Counted from the first letter of the stretch, positions 13,589-25,910 are shown. The stretch: DNA of 64,000 nt from Octopus sinensis (GCF_006345805.1 NC_043000.1:28582001-28646000); one strand, 5' to 3'. The notes: a model not told the origin generated them from the sequence alone. Program-made: numbers and translations.

Positions 13589-14392
13589 TAGATATATACA
13601 TAATCATTACATATATAGACTGAAAATTATTAATTTAATAAAATCAACAACTTTCACCTACTAGTTTTCGGTAAAAACTTATACAAAAAGTTTTTTTTTA
13701 TTCGAAGTCTTAATCGAAGACTGTTTGATTTCATTATTTTTCTTCTATTTTGCCATGTGTGAGTTACAAATATTGTTATCTGTGGAGACATATTTTTGAA
13801 AAAAGAGGAAATAGCAGTCTTTTGACTGCTATTTCTAATAATTTTCGGTATGTGTTCAAGCAACTTGTTGCTGAACCCTTATTGTTATAATTATATATAT
13901 ACGACGGGATTCTTTCAGTTTCCGTGTGCCAAATCCACACACGAGGCTATTATAAAAGACATTTGCCCAAGATGCCACTCAGTAGGACTGAACCCGGAGC
14001 CATATGGTTGGTACGCAAGCTACTGACTACACAGTCACTTCTGCGCCTCTATGCTGAAAATGAAACATATTCGCAAAGATTTTTTTTTCATTTGCCCTTA
14101 TTTCTAATTGTATTTACAATTTTCACCTTAAAAATTATTTTTCATATGCTGACCACTGACGAAATTATTTTGAAAAATATTATCGTTATATTAGAATTAT
14201 ATTCACATATGTCTGTGTGGTAAGTAGTTTGCTTACCAAACACATGGTTCCGGGTTCATTCCCACTGCGTGACACCTTGGAGTAGTGTCTCCTACTATAA
14301 CCTCGGGCCAACCAAAGCCTTGCGTATGGATTTAGGAGACGGTAGCTAAAAGAAGCCCGTCGTATGTATTCATATATATATATATATATACA

Positions 14393-14450
<58 letters not shown>

Positions 14451-14504
14451 TATATATTATATATATATATAATATATATATATATATATAGTTAATCCAA
14501 ACAA

Positions 14505-14700
14505 GACAGCACAAAAAAACACAACAACGCGAGGACGTGGAACAAATATAGTATTATTGGACGCTCAGGAAAGAAGGAAAGAAGGAGGGTTCAACGTTTC
14601 GAGCGGAGCTCTTCGTCGGAAACATAGGAGACGGAAAGATCCAGAGAAGGGAAGACAGAGGAAAAAAAATCGCCAACGGTACACACGAGGTCACATTTTG
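14505..14700 (-). mobile_element. Short Penelope-like (pLTR-type) element, family P1
   Basis: (TA)n-flanked, homologous to 16820-16990, carries a hammerhead-like motif. Confidence 0.6.
14589..14623 (-). ncRNA. Minimal type I hammerhead ribozyme-like motif
   Basis: Minus strand: GTTT CCGACGA A GAGC-TCC-GCTC GAAAC GTT GAAC (stem I GTTT/GAAC, stem II GAGC/GCTC, palindromic AACGTT stem III, U4C). Confidence 0.65.
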
Positions 14701-14704
14701 AAAG

Positions 14705-14784
<80 letters not shown>

Positions 14785-14838
14785 ACATATATATATATTA
14801 TATATATATATATTATATATATATATATATATATATCT

Positions 14839-14889
<51 letters not shown>

Positions 14890-15272
14890 TTGTGTGTGAG
14901 TGTTTGTCCTCCCATCATAACATGATGTTACGTCCCCGTGACTTAGCGGTTCGGCAAAAGTGATCGGATAGAATAAGTACTAGGCTTGCAAAAAATTATG
15001 TCCTGGGCCGATTTGTTCGATTAATAGCGTTGCTCCAGCATGGCCGCATTTAAATGACTTGAAACAAAGAATAAATGAACAAAAGAATATGTGTGTGTGC
15101 TTGTGTGTGTGTGTGTGTGTGTGTGTGTGCTTGTGTGTGTGTGTTTGTTTATGCGCGCGTGTGTGTGCATGAGCGTATAACTATGTATCTATAGACATAC
15201 ATCTATATACTAAATAGGTACAACTTAAAATAAATATACCTGTGTGCGTGTGTGTATGCACGTGTGTGTATG

Positions 15273-15303
<31 letters not shown>

Positions 15304-15325
15304 CAATATATATTACATACATACA

Positions 15326-15374
<49 letters not shown>

Positions 15375-15889
15375 GTATATCTATATGTATGTGTATATAT
15401 ATATATGTGTGTATGTGCGCGTATGTATTTTAAAGCCTATATAGATTAATATAAGTGCACACAGCTACACATATATACAGATATACCCATGCATATCTAA
15501 CATGTGTGCATGTGTGTGTACATATACACACACACACAAACACACACATATATATATATATTTATCGAGACACAGTACAACACATACATGCACAAGGTTC
15601 TTCCACTTTATTGTTCTCATTCGATGTTGTACTCTCTCTGTCTCTGTCTCTCTGTCTGTCTGTCTCTCTCTCTCTCAGTTTTAACCCTCCATCCCGGTCT
15701 ACCCCACCCATTTCTCATATATGCCTATAATATCTGACAGCAGCCATCCACTATGCATTCCCCACCTCTTCTGCGCTTCCAGTAATAGTTATGGATTGTC
15801 ATTATCCCATATCACAGATGACGAAGCTAAAGCGATCTGTTGCTATAGATACAAACGACACCTTATCTATCCATAAATGTGTCTCAGTA

Positions 15890-15913
15890 TTATATGTATA
15901 TATAATGTATATG

Positions 15914-15966
<53 letters not shown>

Positions 15967-16048
15967 TTACATATACATATATATATATATATACACACAT
16001 ATATATACATATATATACATATATATATATACATACATATATATATAC

Positions 16049-16115
<67 letters not shown>

Positions 16116-16170
16116 CACACATATATATGTGTATGTGTGTCTGCGTGTGTGTGTGTGTGTGTGTTTGTCA
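15890..16170. repeat. (TA)n/(TG)n microsatellite
   Basis: Direct inspection. Confidence 0.95.
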
Positions 16171-16465
16171 TTTGACGCCGCGAGAAGTCAGCAGGTTTGT
16201 CTTTAACGCTGCACCCTAGATCTATGTAGGAACTTTCTCACACAGAAAATCATAACAGTCAACTCGCTGCTCAAAGAGGGAGCGTTACGCTGAAATAGAA
16301 TTTAAAAAAAACGAATTTCCTGAAGATGTTCATAAACGTACACCCCCACGCCCACACACGCGCGCGCGCTACGAGCACACTTGTGCGCGCACGCATGCAC
16401 TCGTTCACACTCAATCACAAATGCATACAGATTCAAAAACGCTTGTATATATATCTAATCATATA

Positions 16466-16621
16466 TTGTTGTATTTCGGAATGGTCATTTTGCTAGTTTT
16501 GTCAATAAAAACACTCGCACTATATATTTGGTGTTACTTTGCTTCAGTGTTATTTATTTTTACATTAATCTTAATCTTATTTCGGCTAATCTGGTAAAAT
16601 GACCATTCCGAAATACAACAC
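16466..16621. mobile_element. MITE with ~32-bp TIRs, TA-flanked
   Basis: GTTGTATTTCGGAATGGTCATTTT (16468-16491) is the exact reverse complement of AAAATGACCATTCCGAAATACAAC (16596-16619); TA on both sides. Confidence 0.75.
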
Positions 16622-16678
16622 TATCTTTTTCAACACACGATTTCACATAAAACTCTTACACAACAAATATATAAACGT

Positions 16679-16711
<33 letters not shown>

Positions 16712-16781
16712 TATTATATATATATATATATATATAATATATTATATATATATATATATATACTGTACGTATACATGCACA

Positions 16782-16819
<38 letters not shown>

Positions 16820-16990
16820 GAATAGTAAATGCAAAAAAGAAAACAAAGAACAGACAGAAAAACAATAAGGCGAGGACTTGGTACATGTAAAGCATTAGCA
16901 GACGCTCAGGGAAGGAAAGAAAGATGGTTTAACGTTTCGAGCGGCGCTCTTCTTGGGGAACAGAGGAAAGTCCAATAGAAAACGAATATA
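16820..16990 (-). mobile_element. Penelope-like family P1, second copy, degenerate hammerhead at 16927-16961
   Basis: Shares GCGAGGAC, GACGCTCAGG and AACGTTTCGAGCGG with 14505-14700; core reads CCCAAGA. Confidence 0.55.
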
Positions 16991-17039
16991 ATACTTACAT
17001 ACATATAATAAAAAAACATATTTATGTATATATATACTC

Positions 17040-17365
17040 TTTTTACTCTTTTACTTGTTTCAGTCATTTGACTGCGGCCATGCTGGAGCACCGCCTTTAA
17101 TCGAGCAACTAGACCCCAGGACTTATTCTTTTGTAAGCCCAGTACTTATTCTATCGGTCTCTTTTTGCCGAACCGCTAAGTAACGCATATATATATATAT
17201 ATACATATATACGACGGGCTTCTTTCAGACTCCGTCTACCAAATCCACTCACAAGGCTTTGGTTGGCCCGAGGCTATAGTAGAAGACACTTGCCCAAGGT
17301 GCCACGCAGTGGGACTGAACCCAGAATCATGTGGTTGGTAAACAAGCTACTTACCACACAGCCAC
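17040..17365 (-). mobile_element. SINE family B (internal deletion)
   Basis: Match to family B. Confidence 0.9.
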
Positions 17366-17367
17366 AT

Positions 17368-17401
<34 letters not shown>

Positions 17402-17649
17402 CATACACACACAGAACGCAATGGGTAAGTTCCCGACATTTTATATTTTTATCTCGCGCATTGTTTCTTTCTTATTTTGTTAATTACACAGTATAGTAGG
17501 GTTAGGTGGCAATCGTCTGTGAGGAAAACAGGACCATGACACAATTCCCTCTGCCAGAAATTTGGAAACAACATTCTATACTACTTGGCATTCGCCCCAG
17601 AAATTTAAATACGAATACTTCAGAGTGTTTGAGTGTCAATCTCAGAACA

Positions 17650-18168
17650 GTGCATCCTGAAGACATGTGCTGAAAGTGATAAAAATCAAACATCCAGTCA
17701 ACATCTTGGTGTTTGGAGTGATCACTAGTGATGGCGGCGTTAAGCTTCCATTTAGCTTCCCACTTAGCCTTAGATTCAAAACGGAGATCTATATCAACTG
17801 CCTGGAGGTGGTAGTGTTGCCCTGGCTGAAGAGGATAGCTGCTTTAAGACCCTATGTCTGGTAACAAAACTCTGCACCATGCCACACAATCACGAGAACC
17901 CTGTCATGGCTGTCGGATAATTTATGCGTCCACATTATCCCTAACAACTGGCCGTCTAACTCTCCAGACTACGACCGCCTTGATTATCATATGTGAGTGC
18001 AGCTGACGAGAGACAAACAAAACGGCCTTGTAACATCAAAGACGAACTAATGACAAAATTTATGGCAGCGTTCACCAACTTAAACAAGGTGACCGTCCAG
18101 AAGAGTTGCAGAAGACTCCGAAGTCGTCTGGAGGTCGTGGTTCAAGTCAATGGCAATTTTATTGAATG
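17650..18168 (+). mobile_element. Tc1/mariner-superfamily maT (DD37D-type) transposase remnant
   Basis: KHPVNILVFGVITSDG...YINCLEVVVLPW...W*QNSAPCHT...WPSNSPDYDRLDY...RLEVVVQVNGNFIE*; 37 residues separate the second catalytic position (N here) from the D of LDY; stops and frameshift. Confidence 0.8.
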
Positions 18169-18805
18169 AATTTACTCTTTAGTATTTCAAGATATTTTTA
18201 TCAATTTCTTGTAAATGTATCTCTTAAAATAAGATGTCAATGTTATTTTCATTTTTGCTTAATTTAGACGACAGTTTATTCGCCGGACCCATATATATTT
18301 ATGTGTGTGTGTATGTGTGTGTGTATGTGTGTGTGTGTATGTGTGTGTGTGCTCGGCCAAGCATGATCTTTCTCCCTTGGCTTGACCGCCGCTCGCACAA
18401 TACATTATCTTCTTGTTTCCTGACTTTCATCTATGTTTCTTGCCGTAAGGCTTCCACTTCACACACCAGCTTTATTTAACTTGTCCTTCTAGTAGAAAGA
18501 CACCTGTTGTTTGTATTTATAATCGTGTAACATTTTCTCTGTTTTCTTGTTTCTTTTTTCGCCCGTGTTGTCGCACATATTTGCCTGCTTTCTTCTAAAA
18601 GTTTAATACCCTTAGCTTAGATTTTTTAGACCTAACAATGTTCAACAGTCTCAAATGTAACAGGCCGAAACTGTTCGGATAATTAGAAGCTTGACCGATG
18701 AATAGAAAGCACGAATGTTCCGTCCTGGTTTTCCCGTCCGTCTTTGTATCGTCCATCTGTCGGTATGTTTTCATTGTCGTTTGTTACGTTCTTAATCCGT
18801 TATTT

Positions 18806-18866
<61 letters not shown>

Positions 18867-18944
18867 CACGCACACACACACACACATATATTATATATTG
18901 TGAAATTTGAATCTTCCTGTAAGTTTGGAATTATATTCCCCACC

Positions 18945-18982
<38 letters not shown>

Positions 18983-19622
18983 GTATGTATGTGTATACAT
19001 AATAAATGAAAAGTGCATTAAATAGTACAAAACGTACACGCAGGACAGACACATTAGTTATCGACCAAAGTACTAACAGTCAGTCTCATGCCTTTAACTA
19101 TAGGACTGAGAACTTCGTATATCGCCAGCACCCGCAAAGTTTGCGGAAAATTAGGTCTTCGAGCAAACAAAGCAATACAGGTTAGCGGTATGAAAGTAAA
19201 CAAATGTAATTTGAAACGATAGACGAAGACGGAATAAGTACGGTCTTTCGGCCACACAGGCATGTGTGATGGGTAACGGCTAGAAGAAATCCTTAATGGA
19301 TACCGAAAGAGATATAGCAAGAGAGGAGAAAACGTTGACTGGGAAACCAAGCGTGCGGTGGCGAAAAGGTAGAAAAATGAGAAAATTAGTCACCGGTCAC
19401 GTGTGGGTAGTATATAGAAGGTAAGCAGGAGGAGAGCGAGGGGGAGAGAGTGCAGACAGAACAGTGAAGAAAGGAAGAAAACAAGGAAGGAAAGAAGGGA
19501 GAATGTCTCCAATTAAGAAGAAAAAGACGAGAGAGAGGGAGGTAGGAAATAGGGACACGCACACACACATCTATACACACACACATACATATATATTCAT
19601 ATATACATTTATACACACACAG

Positions 19623-19658
<36 letters not shown>

Positions 19659-20229
19659 TATATATACATGTATATATATATAAATGATACACACCCGAAT
19701 CAGCTACTAATAGTTTCATATGATATTTGAACAAGCATAGTTATTGAATAAGTCATGTCTTAAAGCAATCTTTCAGGCTCTGCTATATATTTATATACAA
19801 ATATATGTGTCCGTGTGCAGAAAGAGAGAGGAGGAGGGAGGGAGAGGGAGCAAGAGTGGAGAGGAGGACGGGAAAGACAAAGGAAGAAATGTGAGAGATA
19901 CCGAGGGAAAAAGACAGCGTTATATTTGGAGATGGTCATTTTTTGCCAGTTCTCCACTTGAGTCTCATCACTATTATTTTCGTATTCTTTCTCCTGAAAT
20001 CTTTCGTCACACGCCCTGTGTCCTTTTCAGCGACTCTCCATCCCACGTGTCTCGTCTGCTCTTTACATACATACATGCATACATACATACATACATACAT
20101 ACATACATACATACATACATACATACAAATATACGTACATACATATATATATATATATATACATTGTGGTAAGTAGCTTGTTTACCAACCACTGAGTGGA
20201 TTTGATAGACGGAAACCGAAAGAAGCCCA

Positions 20230-20234
20230 TCGTG

Positions 20235-20288
<54 letters not shown>

Positions 20289-20405
20289 GTATGTATATAT
20301 ATTATATATATATATATAATATATATATATATATATTATATATATATGTATGTATATATGTATATATATATGAATGTATGTATGTATATATATATGTATT
20401 GTATC

Positions 20406-20446
<41 letters not shown>

Positions 20447-20624
20447 GGAGAAATATAGATGCATACATACATATATCGACACATATTTATATATATATAT
20501 ATACATATATATTCATTTGTATATATATATATACACACACACACACACATATATATATGTATATACATATGTATATATATGCATACATATATATATATAT
20601 AGGCATTTGTATATGAAGATATAC

Positions 20625-20692
<68 letters not shown>
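20230..20692. repeat. (TA)n/(AGAT)n compound microsatellite
   Basis: Direct inspection. Confidence 0.93.
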
Positions 20693-21439
20693 GCACATTT
20701 TATTCGTCCATTCTTCAACTTTTGTCGGTCACATGACTGTGGCCACGCTGGAACACCGGCTCGTTGGGTGATACAAGATTGATTATTACTTTTCATTTCG
20801 TTCTTAGCCTTTCTTTACCGTTTTGTCCAAAGGCTAAATTATGACGAACTTAAACAAACCGACAGCGGATATGAGGCAGTGAAAATCAAAACAACCGCCT
20901 ACAGACACACTCGCATACACACACACACCACACATCATCATCATCATCATCATCACAGTTTTCTCAGTTTCCGTCATCTAGCTTCACTCAACGAGGTTTT
21001 GTTCGGCCTGTGGCTAGAATATAATATCTTAAACGAAGGTGGCACGCATTGAGTATGAATATGAAATCACGTGGTAACGATGCGTACTTCTTAAACACGC
21101 AGCCATGTATGTTAGTGAGCGTGTGTATGTGTGTCTTTCTCTCAACGTATGTGTGTGGTTGTGTGTGCTTGTGATGTTCAGTATGTTTATTGCGATTTCA
21201 TATCATTTGACTCCTCCCACTCGATTTTCTTCCAATCAACGTCATCATTTTCCTCCCCAGTCCACACCCACAAAGCGTTTTCATTTTTTTATCTCTTCTT
21301 TTATTTTTTTCGTCGACTGACCATTTTTTTCCCACCCGTTATTTCTATATTTTTAACATATTGATGGGAGAGGGTTTAGTTCTAGTTGCTGGGAGTCTGC
21401 CCTTAAATCTTCGCTACTTCCTAATATTTCATCGGAGAG

Positions 21440-22140
21440 TATTAAATTCTTTTCCACTCTAGGTACAAGGCCCGATGTTTTGGGGGACGGGGGCCAGTCG
21501 ATTAGATTGACCCCAGTATGCAACTGGTTCTTAATTTATCGATCCTGAAAGGATGAAATGCAAAGTCGACCTCGACGGAATTTGAAATCAGAACGTAGCG
21601 GCAGACGAAATACCTATTTCTTTACTACCCACAAGGGGCTAAACACTGAGGGAACAAACAAGGACAGACAAACGGATTAAGTCGATTATATCGACCCCAG
21701 TGTGTAACTGGTACTTAATTTATCGACCCCGAAAGGATGAAAGGCAAAGTCGACCTCGGAGGAATTTTGAACTCAAAACGTAACGGCAGACGAAATACCT
21801 TTTTCTTTACTACCCACAAGGGGCTAAACACTGAGGGAACAAACAAGGACAGACAAACGGATTAAGTCCATTACATCGACCCCGGTGCGTAACTGGTACT
21901 TAATTTATCGACCCCGAAAGGATGAAAGGCAAAGTCGACCTCGGAGGAATTTGAACTCGGAACGTAACGGCAGACGAAATACCGCTAAGCATTTAGCCCG
22001 GCGTGCTAACGTTTCTGCCAGCTCGCCGCCTTTAAATATTCTTTTCTACTCTAGGCACAACGCACGAAATTTGGCGGGAGGAGGCCAGTCGATTAGATCG
22101 ACCCCTGTACGCAACTGGTACGCAACTGGTACTTAATTTA
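21440..22140 (-). mobile_element. SINE family A tandem array (head + three ~185-bp body units, plus a further partial copy)
   Basis: GAAATACC junction motif at 21607, 21792 and 21976; head ends at ~22030; partial copy 22040-22140. Confidence 0.9.
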
Positions 22141-23099
22141 TTGAGTTTTTGTGGTGTTATATTTAGGGGTCGGCACCGCAGTTGGGGAAGTGGGAATATT
22201 TACTTGTGTGGAGTCTGCTATATGCGTAGGTTTGGGGACAATTTGGGGAGTTTTCTGAAGAGCCTGGTATCTGCGTCATTTTTCCATCTCTTCAGACCCC
22301 ACTAATGTGTGTGTGCGTTTGTGTGTGAGTGTGCGTGTGTGTGAGTCTATACACAAAGATAGGTTGTGAGAGAGAGATTTGGAGAGAGAGAGACAGAGAG
22401 AGAGAGAAATTGTGTGCGTGCGTATGTAATAAGGTGAATGAGCTAAGAAAGTTTATAAAATCATAAATTGATATATCTTTTTGTTTAATTTTGTTTTGCT
22501 TGCTTCGGGCGAGATTTTCTGTTTGTTTTAATATTTTTGATTTTTGAGCGCGGACACAGCTGTGCTTCTCTGAGATAGGCTACAGACACACGCATTCACT
22601 TCATCAACAGAGCTGAAAGTGAGATGGTTATTCCAAATAATATTGGATATATATTCAGCCATTATCAACTTAAAACAAAGGAAGAGAAATTGGAAATGAA
22701 GTAAAAACGCTGCAAGCTTTGAACTATAGAGTTACTCTCTACATTAAAGTGCTCTACAATTTCGTATATAAAATAAAACCTTATAATTGTAGCTATATTC
22801 GTCATATTCAACGAACATATATTGCCATACAACGTAAAAGAAGAAAGTGTTTTAATAAGCTGAAGCTATGCAAGAGCGATAACGTACATATATACGTGTA
22901 GACAGACAGACAGACAGACAAAAGCAGAGAACGAGAGACAGAGAGAATAATTTCATCAAAAAATCGTATTTTAGTTGTATTTTACAGATGTTTCAATAGA
23001 TTAAAATTGCTATGATTATATAAGTATACAATTAGAATATATAATAAAGAGAAAACGATAAAAATGAAAATCATGGAAAATGAATATATATATGTGTGT

Positions 23100-23420
23100 G
23101 TGAGATATTAGTATCCAGAAAACCCAAGGTAAGTGCTATGGAAGGACGGTAGTTAAACTCTCGGTTAGATAATAATACAAGTGAGGAGTCTAACGTACGC
23201 CAAGGCTGTGTGGAATTTTCAGGACATTTATAAAGAGAAAGTTAGCCTTACAGCTGTTTCAGAGATATTAGGGATATCCCTTCATCAGAGACGATGTGAG
23301 ATTATTAAATAATAGAGTTCAGAATAAGGAGTTATTTTGGAAAAGGATGGAAATAAGAAGTATAAATGGAAATAGGAGAATGAATGTAGAAATAAATATA
23401 AAAATGTATAAAGATGTTAT
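23100..23420 (-). mobile_element. Penelope-like element end (family P3)
   Basis: Contains an intact minimal hammerhead motif in a T-rich 3'-UTR-like context. Confidence 0.5.
23245..23292 (-). ncRNA. Minimal type I hammerhead ribozyme motif (intact core)
   Basis: Minus strand: GTCT CTGATGA AGGGATAT-CCCTA-ATATCTCT GAAAC AGCT GTA AGGC; stem I 4 bp, stem II 8 bp, palindromic ACAGCTGT stem III, GUA site. Confidence 0.75.
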
Positions 23421-23529
23421 AATTGTGGTTATTGCTGGCATAAGAACCCTCTCGAGGCACAGAAAAATATTGCTTCAACGCGAGTTCCCATCAAGACTCT
23501 TGCAACCCAGATACAAAATCCATGTAATA

Positions 23530-23705
23530 CATTTCTATATTTAAGAGATGAGGAATTATTTCTATTATTTACATTTGACGGATATTTGTCCTCATCTTGT
23601 TTGTTGTTAGCACAACGTTTCAGCTGATATTCTTTCCATCCTTCATCAGGTGTCTTGGGGAAATTTCGAACCTGGGTTCTCATTCCTTAGGTATTTTTCG
23701 ACGTT
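23530..23705 (-). mobile_element. Penelope-like pLTR (family P4) with hammerhead motif 23609-23654
   Basis: Minus strand: GACAC CTGATGA A GGATG...CAGCT GAAAC GTT GTGCT; homologous to 24576-24715. Confidence 0.65.
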
Positions 23706-23717
23706 ATTATAATAATA

Positions 23718-23758
<41 letters not shown>

Positions 23759-24001
23759 GAAGAAGAAGGAGGGGAGGAGGAGGAGGAGGAGAAGGAGTAG
23801 GTGGTGGAGAAGAAGAAGAAGAAGGATGAGGATGAGGAGGAGGAGGAGGGGGAGGAGGAGGAGGGGGAGGAGGAGGGAAGAAGGAGGGGAGAAGGAGGGG
23901 AGAAGGAGGGGAGAAGGAGGGGAGAAGGAGGGGAGAAGGAGGGGAGGAGGAGGGGGAGAAGAAGAAGAAGAAGAAGAAGAAGAAGAAGAAGAATGATTAT
24001 G

Positions 24002-24051
<50 letters not shown>
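23706..24051. repeat. Compound (TAT)n-(GGA)n-(AAGGAGGGGAG)n-(GAA)n-(TAA)n tract
   Basis: Direct inspection; includes an 11-bp purine unit repeated about five times. Confidence 0.92.
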
Positions 24052-24054
<3 letters not shown>

Positions 24055-24515
24055 GATGGGCTACAGCAAATATTCTGCTCAATACCACAGATTTGCTTGT
24101 CAGTTGTTTGACCTTATCCAGTTGACCATGTCCCTTAGTGGCTGACGATATGTGCATCTCTGATCACGAGCAGAAGTAGTGGGGGAGCATCATAGCCATG
24201 TGTTGAGAGGGATTCTTTGGGGTTTGAATAATTCACCTCTGGAAACATGGGTGGTTCTTTCAACATCCTTAAACAACCCTTATTCAGGGACCTTTTGAGC
24301 GGGATGGGCTACTCAACCTGAAGAAAATTCTAACTGGGCCCCACCTGCAAGGTCATGTGCTGTTTATCTTGATATGAGATCACCATGTCGCGCACATATG
24401 GTTGTGATGCATGTGCCTGGTGTACCCTTATCAGACGGGTAGTCATGATGGGTATATTGGGCTTCGTATATTTTACCCCAGTGTCACTTTGATGGCATGA
24501 ACTGCTCTCTCACTC
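24052..24515 (+). mobile_element. ~500-bp non-coding element E in (TAA)n, 5'-truncated copy
   Basis: Aligns to 52286-52831 and to the reverse complement of 38724-39219; TAA repeats on both sides. Confidence 0.85.
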
Positions 24516-24564
<49 letters not shown>

Positions 24565-24575
24565 GTAATAATAAT

Positions 24576-24715
24576 TACATCGAAAAATACCTTTTGGAAT
24601 GAGAACCTAGGTTCGAAATTCCTCCCAAGATCCCTGATGAAGGCTGTATTAACAACAAACAAGATGAGGACAAATATCCGCCAAATGTAAATAATGTAAA
24701 TAACGTAAAATCCAT
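24576..24715 (+). mobile_element. Penelope-like pLTR family P4, copy lacking the GAAA half of the hammerhead
   Basis: CCCTGATGAAGGCTG joins directly to TATTAACAACAAACAAGATGAGG; inverted relative to 23530-23705. Confidence 0.65.
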
Positions 24716-25415
24716 GTATTTGTATATTCAAGTGGACATGCGTCGCCTTTGAGATGAGCTGGTAATTTACTTGCTGAACCAGCAAGCGCTTTGTCAGCAG
24801 TCAAGAGAAACTTGGACCTTGGCAATTTAGAGCCAGAAATTAAGCTGCGAAAACAAATAAGATTTAATATTACTTGGTTCGGGAAAGTCATAAGAATAGT
24901 TTGGAGATAGACATGCCCAGATGATGAAAAACAACAGTTGATAGATAGCAGAGGCGGTGGATTTCTAGGAACTTCAAAAGATGAAAGATGACGGCAACGT
25001 ATCTGATGGGGGGGACAATTGGAGATTTGATTTAACAAGAATTAAAGATCGAGTCAGTCACCGACAGCTGAAAGTTACGGAACGGGAAGTGGAAACTCTT
25101 TACTCAGCTGTGGAAGAAATATAGCTAATTTAATTTATTTGAACGCAGACGCAAATATACTTAATATAGCAATTTAAATCAGTTAATGTTACATCCCCCG
25201 TGATGAGAGAAGATACTACGCGTAATTCTGTTCAGGAAAGATGAGGGGAGAGACACCAGGAAAATAATTTATTGATTTAAAAAGAATATTATGAGGAATG
25301 AGTAGTTTAAAATGGTTCCAGCGAAATAAGACACGGTTCTCTGGCTTGTAATGTTTCTTATTGCGGTTTGTTGTGGCTGCTGTTATTCTTGTGGTGGTGG
25401 TGGTGGTGGTGGTGG

Positions 25416-25466
<51 letters not shown>

Positions 25467-25532
25467 AGCCCAAGAAAGTGCAGTGCATTATGGGTTTTCA
25501 CACTACACATGTACAATATATCATCCAATGTG

Positions 25533-25910
25533 GAGGCGCAATGTTTCAGTGATTAGGGCAGCGGATTCGCAGTCGTGGGATTGTTGTTTCGATTCCCAGA
25601 CCGGGTGTTGTGAATATTTATTGAGCGGAAACACATAAAGATCCACGAGGCTCCGGCAGGGGCTGGTAGCGAACCCTGCTTTACTCTTTAACCATAACTT
25701 TCTGTCACTCTTTCTTTCTGTTTCTGTTGTACCTGTATTTCAAAGGGCCAGCCTTGTCGCACTCTACGTCACGCTGAATCAGCCCGTGAAATTACGTTAA
25801 GGGTACACGTGTCTGTGGAGTGCTCAGCCACTTACACGTTAATTTCAAGAGCAGGCTGTTCCGTTGATCAGATCAACTGGAACCCTCGTCGTCGTAACCG
25901 ACGGAGTGCC
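25533..25910 (+). mobile_element. Chimeric SINE (family D head + family C tail)
   Basis: tRNA-like head GGAGGCGCAATG...GTTTCGATTCCCAG, D-type middle, C-type tail ending GTCGTAACCGACGGAGTGCC. Confidence 0.85.

Larger units (their letters stand above)
14205..15080 (+). mobile_element. SINE family B split by expanded (TA)n and a nested Penelope-like insert
   Basis: 5' half 14205-14370, 3' half 14890-15080, with (TA)n and the 14505-14700 insert between them. Confidence 0.8.

Noticed and set aside
18600-19350. Further Penelope-like ends with GCCGAAA motifs
   Set aside because: No CUGANGA strand and no recognisable ORF; too decayed to call.
21440-22030. CRISPR-like or host tandem gene array
   Set aside because: The units are near-identical SINE bodies with no unique spacers; eukaryotic context, no cas genes.
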